DNA from: a virus
Lineage: Duplodnaviria > Heunggongvirae > Uroviricota > Caudoviricetes
Virus record (IMG/VR): IMGVR_UViG_3300037321_000115
Strand: one strand, 5' to 3'
DNA: 64,000 bases
The translations under genes and the position numbers were made by a program. Shown in pieces: positions 18,899-27,157 of the stretch. The notes below the pieces were generated by a model that saw nothing but the letters and a program-made list of their open reading frames with translations, had not been told where the DNA came from and ran no database searches. How positions within the stretch are numbered: the first letter of the stretch is position 1; every line of letters starts with the position of its first letter.

Positions 18899-20112
18899 GA
18901 GCGGCCGAGTGTGCACCTATGCCAAAGTTCGTCCATCGCCTGAACCAGATGGTCTATTTGGCCAATGCTGTGAACAGGAGAAGGCGTGAACCGAAGTCTC
19001 TCAGTTCCGCGTGGGACCGTAGGAAAGTTGATAGGCTGCACATAAATTCCATGTTGTTGTAGTAACATGTCAGACAATGCCTTACAGTGGATGGGGTTGC
19101 CTACATGTACAGGAACAATGTGACTGCCGTTATCAATCAAAGGTAGTCCAATCCTTTTAAAGTGTCCTTTCAACATGTTGACACGAAGTAGGTGCGTGTC
19201 GCGCATATGTTGCGCGGTTTTCAAATAACGTACTGATGCTGCTGCCCCAGCAGCAACGGCAGGAGGCATAGAGGACGTAAATATAAATCCTGGCGCATAA
19301 GATCGTATTGCGTCGCACATCTTGGCTGATCCAGCGATGTAGCCACCTGCCACGCCGTAGGCTTTGGCCAATGTACCGTTGATAATATCAATTCTACCCA
19401 TCAGACCGTCACGCTCACATACGCCTGCTCCACGTGGCCCGTACATGCCGACAGCATGTACCTCGTCAATGTACGTAAGAGCGTTAAATTCATCCGCAAG
19501 ATCACATATTCTTTCTATCGGTGCAAAATCACCATCCATCGAGTATATAGATTCGAATGCAATTAACTTTGGAGCAGATGGATCGTCAGCAGTAAGTAGA
19601 TCACGTAGATGGTCAACATCGTTGTGCCTAAAGATACGCTTTGCGCCACCATTACGTCTCATGCCCTCAATCATCGAAGCGTGATTCAGCGCATCGGAAT
19701 ATATGATGAGGCCTGGAAAGAGCTTGGGCAACGTTGACAATGTAGCATCGTTGGCATTGTATGCTGAGGTGAATACAAGAGCAGCCTCTGTCTGATGCAA
19801 ATCAGACAGTTCCGCTTCAAGTCTGCTGTGGTATACTGTGGTTCCTGATATGTTTCTCGTGCCGCCTGAACCTGCTCCTGTTGCCTCAAGTGCAACAGCC
19901 ATTGCCTCTAAAACCACAGGATGTTGACCCATGCCGAGATAATCGTTGCCACACCACACAACAATGTCTCGACGTTCTCCATCCATATCGTACCACGTAG
20001 CGGTAGGATATGCACCCCTTTTGCGCTCAATATCAACAAACGTCCTGTAACGTCCCTCTGAACGTAGAAGGTTCAAGGCAACATCAAGTCCTGATTCGTA
20101 GTTCATGTTCAC
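18895..20112 (-). CDS. hemA: 5-aminolevulinate synthase (Shemin/C4 pathway)
   Basis: [47 protein letters not shown] (PLP lysine), [27 protein letters not shown]. Confidence 0.96.
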   Translation of the reverse strand: MNMNYESGLDVALNLLRSEGRYRTFVDIERKRGAYPTATWYDMDGERRDIVVWCGNDYLGMGQHPVVLEAMAVALEATGAGSGGTRNISGTTVYHSRLEAELSDLHQTEAALVFTSAYNANDATLSTLPKLFPGLIIYSDALNHASMIEGMRRNGGAKRIFRHNDVDHLRDLLTADDPSAPKLIAFESIYSMDGDFAPIERICDLADEFNALTYIDEVHAVGMYGPRGAGVCERDGLMGRIDIINGTLAKAYGVAGGYIAGSAKMCDAIRSYAPGFIFTSSMPPAVAAGAAASVRYLKTAQHMRDTHLLRVNMLKGHFKRIGLPLIDNGSHIVPVHVGNPIHCKALSDMLLQQHGIYVQPINFPTVPRGTERLRFTPSPVHSIGQIDHLVQAMDELWHRCTLGRS

Positions 20113-20144
20113 TCTCCAAGAATACAGTAGCCATTCGGACGCGA

Positions 20145-20285
20145 CTATTTATCCCTAAGTTGTTCTTGAATGTTTCTTCTGACTTCATCATCCAGAAGGT
20201 GGTTATAATGTGTTAACAGCTGACGCGCAACACTCCGTTCTCTTGCTTTAACGTATGATACAAAGAAGTTTTTTATGTACTTCAT
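20145..20285 (-). CDS. 46 aa hypothetical protein
   Basis: [46 protein letters not shown]; ATGA overlap with the upstream DUF1127 gene. Confidence 0.55.
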   Translation of the reverse strand: MKYIKNFFVSYVKARERSVARQLLTHYNHLLDDEVRRNIQEQLRDK

Positions 20286-20440
20286 CGCGATTCTTGACCA
20301 GATAAAGGCGGACACGACATTGCTACGTTTCTTATATCGCCTCGTGTGATTCCTATGTCCTTCAACTGGTTGTCTGTCATTTGTGACAGATCTTGAACCA
20401 CTCGTAAGTATGTAAAGTAATCGCGTATCGTTTTGAACAT
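20282..20440 (-). CDS. DUF1127 (YjiS-like) small protein, 52 aa, not in the ORF track
   Basis: Manual translation [52 protein letters not shown]; L..M.D..LKDIGI.R.DI signature; purine-rich RBS AAAAGGGAAA. Confidence 0.8.
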   Translation of the reverse strand: MFKTIRDYFTYLRVVQDLSQMTDNQLKDIGITRGDIRNVAMSCPPLSGQESR

Positions 20441-20806
20441 CGTCGTTTCCCTTTTGCACGTGTATGGCGATATTTATTCCAGGGAAACGGAAAAAGCCTA
20501 GGCTTTTTAGGAACATCAGCCATACCCTACAGGGGTGACTCTTTCCTATTTGCCTAAGCGTCTTTTAAATATTCTATGTGCTTGTTTAATAGAAACGTCT
20601 TCTGAACTCTGCACACCTTGCCAAACAGAGTCAGGATTTGTGTCGCTGTCTAATGCCCTGCTCGAGGTGTCGTATCTCTCCATCAGATGTATAATAATAA
20701 TAAGCTGGAGTCGGTTTAAGATCAGATGGCTTTTTCTGATCGTTTTGTTGAACATGATACTTCACCCACTTTTGCATGTGAAGGAGCCATTACAGCTCCC
20801 TTGTTT

Positions 20807-22375
20807 TTAGCGTATGAAATTGATCAGTTGTTTCTGACCGTTGTTGTATAGTAAACAACAAGTCTGGGTCCATGAAGACGGACCTCTGTTGTATCTCATG
20901 TTAAGATCAGAAAGGGTTCCGACTCTAAAGATTGATCTTTGTATTGCTGCAGAGTGCGTATGTCCCGTGACACTATCACCGTAAATCTTCTCCAACGAGT
21001 TCAGAGAACACTTGGCTCCGTTCATGCCAAGATCACCGTGCGCGGCGCATTCGACACCGCCAATCCTCAGAGAATCTTCACGTGAAAGAAATCTCCAGTT
21101 GTTAGGAACAGTCTCAACGAGATTCATAGCAGCCTTTAGCACATCTTCACCCTCGTCAAAAAGCGTCGGTGCTATTCTCAAGCTGAATAGATGGTTCTTA
21201 GGATCCTCAACATACGTGCCTGCTGCAAGATAACGATCGAGAAACTCATCGTGGTTTGATTTGACGATGTTCACGGTCGTTGGATTTAATTTGTCCGCAA
21301 CGTACTTGACTGTGTCAAATGTCAAAAGCACCTCTTCTTCTAGTGAATCTGCCCCTTTATTTGATCTAGCAGCCTTCTCGGCAATGTCTTTAACGTGATG
21401 ATTTATTGAATATGCGTCAAAGACATCATGGAGAAAAATGCAATCAACCTTCAGGCTCTTGAATTTTTCTATGAAATAATCAAGAGCCTCCTTATCAATA
21501 AACGTCGAGTGTAGATCGCCAAGAATGACGTTGACAGGAACTTGCAACATAGTACCATCAGAGTTGTATTGTGTCCCCACATCAATAAAGGATCCGTCTG
21601 ATGCAGCTTGAATCTGTCTAAAATCAAACTTGGTTTCGTTTTCAATATCAACAATGATTGCACCGATTGTGTGGTCTGATTCTGCAATATATGAAAGACG
21701 CTTTGATACAAACGTGTCTGTATAGTATGATGATTTTGTACACGCACCAGGCGTCATGATAGCATAGTTCTTACCACGGTTGTTACCTGATGGAACATAC
21801 TCAAGGAACTGTTTTGGGCTTGCGAACACATACGAACCTTCACGATTTCCAAGACGTGAAAGGCCTGTGATTGATTTGATCTGTTTTGCAGATACCTGAA
21901 TGCTACACAAAGAAAAATTGCTGTTGAGCTGAACATCGCTATTGACAACTCTAAAGTGTGCTTCGTTGAAGATCGGATCAAATGTTGCGGTCTTTTTCTC
22001 GAAACTGTTGGTAACACTTTCGCAAGGCATGATTACGAGCTGTGCACTGTTCGTATCGCAATATAGCTTTAAAGCAGCAAGGAAATTTTTATCGGCAGGT
22101 GAGTCAGCAACTGCTGTCGTAATCACAAACTTGGTGGTTGATACGTCAATTGATCGATTAGGATCAAAAATGCTTTCCACTGTAGAGAAGTGCACCTTGA
22201 GCTCCTCTTCGTGTGTTTCTCTCATCTGTGCGTGTAGATTTTCGATGCCACCAAAGTGGTGTCTGATAGTACTTCTCGAAACATCAAGTGCAAGAAAATC
22301 GTTGTAGACAGGGAGATCTTTCTTTGTCTCAACAATTTTCAAATATAACCCAACAAGGTTCTCATCTGTATCCAT
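20807..22375 (-). CDS. calcineurin-like metallophosphoesterase with N-terminal extension
   Basis: GDLH, HDVFD, SNHD, HGD and GHTHS metal-binding motifs. Confidence 0.8.
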   Translation of the reverse strand: MDTDENLVGLYLKIVETKKDLPVYNDFLALDVSRSTIRHHFGGIENLHAQMRETHEEELKVHFSTVESIFDPNRSIDVSTTKFVITTAVADSPADKNFLAALKLYCDTNSAQLVIMPCESVTNSFEKKTATFDPIFNEAHFRVVNSDVQLNSNFSLCSIQVSAKQIKSITGLSRLGNREGSYVFASPKQFLEYVPSGNNRGKNYAIMTPGACTKSSYYTDTFVSKRLSYIAESDHTIGAIIVDIENETKFDFRQIQAASDGSFIDVGTQYNSDGTMLQVPVNVILGDLHSTFIDKEALDYFIEKFKSLKVDCIFLHDVFDAYSINHHVKDIAEKAARSNKGADSLEEEVLLTFDTVKYVADKLNPTTVNIVKSNHDEFLDRYLAAGTYVEDPKNHLFSLRIAPTLFDEGEDVLKAAMNLVETVPNNWRFLSREDSLRIGGVECAAHGDLGMNGAKCSLNSLEKIYGDSVTGHTHSAAIQRSIFRVGTLSDLNMRYNRGPSSWTQTCCLLYNNGQKQLINFIR

Positions 22376-22908
22376 TACGCTGTGTACTCCTCACTCTTGA
22401 TTTTAATAGAAAGGATAGACTCGAGAGCAAATGTTCTCAGTATAACCTTGTCGTCAATTCCACCCTGAGATTCCACTTGTGTTTCGGTCTTCTCTTTCGG
22501 ATCGTCCAAACCTTCAACGTCTTTCCTGTCAATAGGCTCATCGTCAAGGAAGTATGAAGATGTCCCTGCATTAATGAAAAAACACTCGAGGTAATACTTA
22601 CCGTTGTGTTCAATGAACGGGCTATTGTCAATACGCTTGCCCCATGGCCTTGGCTTGAGTACAAATGTCTCTGGATCTTTGCCTTCTGCAACCATACGAC
22701 GCTTGACCATGCCTTCATATCCATTAACAGACGAGTTGGAAAACAACATGATGTTTGCCTTCTCTGTAGTTTTGGTAACACGACCTTGCTGCAGGTTCTT
22801 CTTGCCACCCTTGAGCTTGACAGAGGTCTTTGTAGTCAGACCAGCAAACGTGGTTCCTTTGATCGCGTCAATCTGCTTCTTCAGTACATCATAGTCAATC
22901 ATCTTCAT
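22375..22908 (-). CDS. conserved phage hypothetical protein
   Basis: YEGMVKRR..AEGK, PRPWG.RI.NSPFIEHNGKYYL; a late promoter at 22928 suggests a start downstream of the ORF-track start, so the start is approximate. Confidence 0.65.
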   Translation of the reverse strand: MKMIDYDVLKKQIDAIKGTTFAGLTTKTSVKLKGGKKNLQQGRVTKTTEKANIMLFSNSSVNGYEGMVKRRMVAEGKDPETFVLKPRPWGKRIDNSPFIEHNGKYYLECFFINAGTSSYFLDDEPIDRKDVEGLDDPKEKTETQVESQGGIDDKVILRTFALESILSIKIKSEEYTA

Positions 22909-22997
22909 TTCCTTTCGGCTGTGTTTGTATTTATAACTCAACGCGTTGAGCTGTTACCTAATCATAGCGCGCCTCTACACAAAAGGCAACTATCTTA

Positions 22998-23612
22998 TCA
23001 TATGAATCCGTCTGCCTTAGTTTTCTTCCAAGAAGGTTTCATTCTAAATGATTCCTCTTGTCCGAAGTTAGAGGTATCAAACGTAGGCTTATCCTCATCC
23101 TCTCGTGGTTGTTGTTTTTTCCTTGTCTCGTTTTGAACATCGCTCTGCGCACCTTCTTCCAAGTCATACAGCTTCATTTTTGATCTGTCTATTCCAACAA
23201 CAAACCGTCTATAGAATCCAAGATCGCCCCATCTGTTTTTTAACTGCTTGATCATGATTTGGCCCATCGCCTCCAATTCTTCTGAAGAGATCAAGCCGAG
23301 GATACAATCCGCAGTGTGAGCAATCCCCATGCTGTTTTTTGTCAAGATGTTGTTGCAGTAGAACAATTGACTACCTGTTACAGATATATCTACCGTTTCC
23401 ACCATGCCGACATTCTCAATTTCTACAATGGTATCATTATAATCAATTTTACTGTCTTCAACCTGTTGCTTCTCCTCCTTCTCCATCTCCATGCTTATCA
23501 GCAGATCTGTCAGGTCAAACAAGTCCATCTCTTTGGTCATGTTATTGGCGATCATATGATGAGCTTTAACAAAACAATCGTTCTGCATCTTTTCCATTTG
23601 GCTGTCGTTCAT
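22998..23612 (-). CDS. gp41: replicative helicase C-terminal fragment fused to split-intein IntC
   Basis: 93 aa IntC ending VETVDISVTGSQLFYCNNILTKN, then extein SMGIAHTAD..LKNRWGD..RFVVGIDRSKMKLYD. Confidence 0.92.
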   Translation of the reverse strand: MNDSQMEKMQNDCFVKAHHMIANNMTKEMDLFDLTDLLISMEMEKEEKQQVEDSKIDYNDTIVEIENVGMVETVDISVTGSQLFYCNNILTKNSMGIAHTADCILGLISSEELEAMGQIMIKQLKNRWGDLGFYRRFVVGIDRSKMKLYDLEEGAQSDVQNETRKKQQPREDEDKPTFDTSNFGQEESFRMKPSWKKTKADGFI

Positions 23613-23615
23613 ATG

Positions 23616-25001
23616 TTAATCCTCTACCACATTAAGACTGTAACCTACATTTAGTCCCTGACTGACAGATAGTCGCGACACAACACCGTCGTTTGACATA
23701 GATGGAAATACGTGATCCTTACTGACAGTGATTGACTTGCCGCTGTTCATTTTAATCTTGACACAGTCCTTCATCTTAGGATGGTGGACCATCGTGACTA
23801 GCTTTGTACTGTCTTCGCTTTTAATTTTGTCGCCTGGTTTCAGGTCAGATATGCATCTCGACGTTCCGTCACTCATGGTAACTGTTTCTTTAACGTAGAT
23901 ACATTCAGACGTGTTTGTGAGGTCAACGTCGCTCGAATCGTATGCTCCGCGGTTGTACTGACTTGACGATACAATAGGACAATCAAACTCCATTGCTAAA
24001 CCACGTATTTCCTCAGCGATTGACTTGACCAGCGTGTATGAGTTTGCGGCTGCTGCACCCTTCACACGAGAAGATGCACAGATGTTGAGATAATCAATGA
24101 AGATAATATCAGGAACAAACCCCTTCTTTAGTTTCAGCTCATTGAGAAGATGTCTAAAGTGTCCTGCGTGAGCAGACCCTGTAGGGTATTCTTTGACTAC
24201 AAGTTTTCCGGGCGTTCTGCTTTTAACCTTGGCAATTCTTGTATTGAACATTTCTCTGGGCATTTCTCGTAGCTGATCAATTGTGACGTCTAATAGATTA
24301 GCATCAATACGTTCTGCAATTCTCTCCTCAGCCATCTCAGCTGTTATGTAGAGGACGTTCTTGGCATGCATAAGAGAAGCTGCAGCCATGTGACATTTCA
24401 TCAAACTTTTGCCACCACCTGTGGTCGCTAAAATCAACGTCAAGGATTTGCGGGGCAGTCCACCCTTAGTGATTTGGTTCAACAGATCAATGTCAAAAGG
24501 AATTCGCTCTTCTGTGCGATGATAGAAATCATAACGACTGTCTGCATCTTCAATATAATCATGCCCAATGTGACTATCAAAGTTGATTCCAAGCGAATCA
24601 GACAACAGCTTAGGAATAGCACCCTTGTCAAACTCTTTGTCTTGCCCATCAAGAATCAAAATTGCTTTTCTAATTGAATTGAACAGATCCTTGTCTTGGC
24701 AGAACTTCTCTGTCTCGCCTAAAAGCCAATCTTGATTAGTTGCTGCATCAATCTTCAACTCGTCGATGGCTGTATTAACAGCTTTAAACAAATCCTCGTT
24801 GAGATCTTTACGTGCCTCCAGCGTAATCTTGAGAGCCTCAATTGAAGGTGGTTCTTTGTATGTACTGACATATTCAGAGAAAGATGCAAATATCTTTTTG
24901 GTAGCAACATCATCAAAATACTCTTCTTTGATGTATGGGATGACTTTGCGACAAAACTCCCCATTGTAAAGTAGATTAGCAAGAATAGTTTGCTCTATCA
25001 T
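23616..25001 (-). CDS. gp41: replicative helicase N-terminal fragment fused to split-intein IntN
   Basis: Walker A ATTGGGKS, IFIDYLNIC, SQYNR, extein ends DLTNTSE; 95 aa IntN CIYVKE..VSKDHVFP..GLNVG then stop. Confidence 0.93.
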   Translation of the reverse strand: MIEQTILANLLYNGEFCRKVIPYIKEEYFDDVATKKIFASFSEYVSTYKEPPSIEALKITLEARKDLNEDLFKAVNTAIDELKIDAATNQDWLLGETEKFCQDKDLFNSIRKAILILDGQDKEFDKGAIPKLLSDSLGINFDSHIGHDYIEDADSRYDFYHRTEERIPFDIDLLNQITKGGLPRKSLTLILATTGGGKSLMKCHMAAASLMHAKNVLYITAEMAEERIAERIDANLLDVTIDQLREMPREMFNTRIAKVKSRTPGKLVVKEYPTGSAHAGHFRHLLNELKLKKGFVPDIIFIDYLNICASSRVKGAAAANSYTLVKSIAEEIRGLAMEFDCPIVSSSQYNRGAYDSSDVDLTNTSECIYVKETVTMSDGTSRCISDLKPGDKIKSEDSTKLVTMVHHPKMKDCVKIKMNSGKSITVSKDHVFPSMSNDGVVSRLSVSQGLNVGYSLNVVED

Positions 25002-25072
25002 CAGGACCTCTTGTTATAATGGAAATGGGATGGGCAGAGTATCACTCTGCCCATCATTCAATTGTACACTGT

Positions 25073-25672
25073 TTATTCGTATGTGTCCATGTCCATTTCC
25101 ACATCTGCATCATCTTCTCCGTGGCTGTCGTCCGACTTCTTTTGAGTTGCAGACAGTTTGAACTTGCGCTCTACAAACTCTTTGAAATCCACGTTTTTAA
25201 CAAGTTTTTCAAAAAAAGCATTGTTAGTAACCACATCTGCCTGACGATAGTTCTTCTCGTCTACTTCGCCTGTCTCAGGATCAACAAGATTGTACCAACC
25301 AACCTTCGGTTTCGTGATGAAGCCAGATTCCATTGCAATGTCGAAGATTGCAGTCCACTTTTGTATACCATCCTCATACATTACAGTGAATGGTAGTTTA
25401 GATTTCTCTTTGACGTAACGTGACTTCTCAATGTTGATTGTGAACTTCCATCCTGCAAGCTCAGTTCCGTCTTTCTCTTGTGACTTGCTGATGATGAACA
25501 CAGTATTTGCTGAATACATGATTCCCGTCCCACCACTAACAATGGCCTTGGGATATAAGGAATTGTGTGCAATTACTCCGTTGTCAAGCTCAAAGCAATG
25601 GTCTTCCTCTACAGTTATGTCGTATATTGGAAACGGATCGACTTTTTTAATTCCAGTAAGAGTTCTCATCAT
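25073..25672 (-). CDS. uvsX: RecA-like recombinase C-terminal fragment fused to split-intein IntC
   Basis: 37 aa IntC MMRTLTGIKK..IYDITVEEDHCFELDNGVIAHN, then extein SLYPKAIVSGGTGIMYSANTVFII..KSRYVKEKSK. Confidence 0.93.
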   Translation of the reverse strand: MMRTLTGIKKVDPFPIYDITVEEDHCFELDNGVIAHNSLYPKAIVSGGTGIMYSANTVFIISKSQEKDGTELAGWKFTINIEKSRYVKEKSKLPFTVMYEDGIQKWTAIFDIAMESGFITKPKVGWYNLVDPETGEVDEKNYRQADVVTNNAFFEKLVKNVDFKEFVERKFKLSATQKKSDDSHGEDDADVEMDMDTYE

Positions 25673-25883
25673 TTACCTTTCGTTTTACAATTGTCAAAAT
25701 GCCACCTCTTAAATGCAGAGGGCATTCCTGTTGATTTCTTGTTACAGTGTGGACAAATTGCCACATCATACACTTTAGTTTTTTCTTTGTAGTTTCTATA
25801 GCAATCTTTAATATTAACATCTAATAAGATTTCATCTGCTTCTGATTTACTGACATCAATATCTCGGTATGTGTCTTAATCAT
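25669..25883 (-). pseudogene. frameshifted or truncated remnant of a free-standing homing endonuclease gene
   Basis: Strong SD AAGGAG + ATG at 25883, frameshift within a few codons, then ..ICPHCNKKSTGMPSAFKRWHFDNCKTKGK-stop, a zinc-finger tail typical of phage homing endonucleases. Confidence 0.7.
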
Positions 25884-25887
25884 GAGC

Positions 25888-25928
25888 TTCTCCTTTTATT
25901 AACCATGCTTATTTTTATAAAAGGAGAA
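25888..25928 (-). promoter_or_regulatory. RBS-sequestering hairpin with embedded late-promoter-like motif
   Basis: 12-bp perfect inverted repeat TTCTCCTTTTAT/ATAAAAGGAGAA whose 3' arm contains the SD of the remnant gene; TATAAAAATA overlaps the 5' arm. Confidence 0.7.
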
Positions 25929-25942
25929 ACTTCATGTATGGT

Positions 25943-26815
25943 TTACCTAAATTTGGTACCCATATTCATACTTCCAGCTTCGACCCAGTTTCCGAACACA
26001 TCAAGAAACTTGTGGTCGTTGGTACACCTGACAGTAGAGCCATCATCAAACTGCAATTCGAAAAATTCTTTGTCTTCCGAATCCAATCTTTCAGGTCCAA
26101 GCGTATCAAGCACTTTTTGCATACCGTTCTGAGTATAAACCATGTCACCAACATTTATGTCCTTAATGTTGATAGAACCTCTGTTGGTTTTCACGAGCGT
26201 ATCACCAGCTAAACATTGCTCCAGATATACGTGATTCACTGCAAGGCACGGAATTCCTTTAGTTGTCAGGTATGGCGTGATGATACGAAACAACGACTTC
26301 AAGCTCTTGGCACGTGACATGTCCGCGACAGACTTTTCGTTTTGTGCATCTTCTAGCTCTTTCTTAGATGCAAGGTTGCCGACCGAGTCAATCATGATAA
26401 ACACTTTGTCTTTTTTGCCAATCGCATCTAACTTTTGAACCATATCGAACTTGAGCTCCTCCACATCCTTGACGGGAATGTGAACAACGCGATCAATGTC
26501 GATGTCGATGCTCTCAATGTACTCTGGTGTAATACCAAACTCAGAGTCATATAGCAGCGCAATGCCCTCAGGGTACTTGTCCAAATATGCCTTCATGCAG
26601 TAGAGGCTCAGTAGAGTTTTGAAGCTCTTTGATACACCTGCAACAACAGTCAATCCTGGTAGAAGCCCACCATCAATAGATCCACTAAATGCAATGTTGA
26701 GAATTGGGAGGTCGGTAGGAATTGCTTCCTTTGCATTGAAAAAGGGCGATGAGGATAGAACAGCAGAAGATTTGGTACTCCCCGTGCTTAGCATCTTTTC
26801 AAGTAGTGTACTCAT
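25943..26815 (-). CDS. uvsX: RecA-like recombinase N-terminal fragment fused to split-intein IntN
   Basis: GVSKSFKT Walker A, YDSEFG, IDSVGNLASKKE, extein ends VNHVYLEQ; 90 aa IntN CLAGDT..CTNDHKF then stop. Confidence 0.93.
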   Translation of the reverse strand: MSTLLEKMLSTGSTKSSAVLSSSPFFNAKEAIPTDLPILNIAFSGSIDGGLLPGLTVVAGVSKSFKTLLSLYCMKAYLDKYPEGIALLYDSEFGITPEYIESIDIDIDRVVHIPVKDVEELKFDMVQKLDAIGKKDKVFIMIDSVGNLASKKELEDAQNEKSVADMSRAKSLKSLFRIITPYLTTKGIPCLAVNHVYLEQCLAGDTLVKTNRGSINIKDINVGDMVYTQNGMQKVLDTLGPERLDSEDKEFFELQFDDGSTVRCTNDHKFLDVFGNWVEAGSMNMGTKFR

Positions 26816-27090
26816 TTTTTATGTTTCCCTTCTGTGATCATTTTCAAACGTGTCTTAAATTCAGTAATCTTTTCCACTCTATCAGGCCAAAGAATAGTAG
26901 ACCTGCTTGGGTTTCTGCATAAGTTGTCAAGAAACGGAGTGATGGTATCATATAGAAGATCTACACGTGATTGCAATTCTTCCATCTCTTCTTTGTGTGA
27001 TGAATGTTCTTTGAGTTTGGCTTCAACATTCTCGTCAACGAACGAAAATCCGAAGTCAAACTCAACATCTGAGTCTGTCTTTTTTGTCAT
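26812..27090 (-). CDS. conserved T4-like hypothetical protein
   Basis: FDFGFSFV and PFLDNL..NP....I.WPDR motifs. Confidence 0.7.
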   Translation of the reverse strand: MTKKTDSDVEFDFGFSFVDENVEAKLKEHSSHKEEMEELQSRVDLLYDTITPFLDNLCRNPSRSTILWPDRVEKITEFKTRLKMITEGKHKK

Positions 27091-27116
27091 AATGTGATTT
27101 TTCTAAATGATAATAG

Positions 27117-27150
27117 GCGAGGCTGCTGTTTCGAAACAGCAGCCTCGCCT
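27117..27150. terminator. terminator after gp32
   Basis: GGCGAGGCTGCTGTT-tcga-AACAGCAGCCTCGCC long perfect hairpin. Confidence 0.75.
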
Positions 27151-27157
27151 CTATATC

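Noticed and set aside
20145-20516. 123 aa ORF from the track as a single gene
   Set aside because: Better explained by two coupled small genes (DUF1127 at 20282-20440 in another frame, and 20145-20285); the 5' extension has no RBS and reads like off-frame sequence.
23613-23618. Stop between the gp41 halves as a sequencing error in a contiguous intein
   Set aside because: The stop is followed by a correctly spaced GAGGA SD and ATG, IntN ends where known split gp41 IntN fragments end, and the neighbouring uvsX is independently split. A read check is still advisable.
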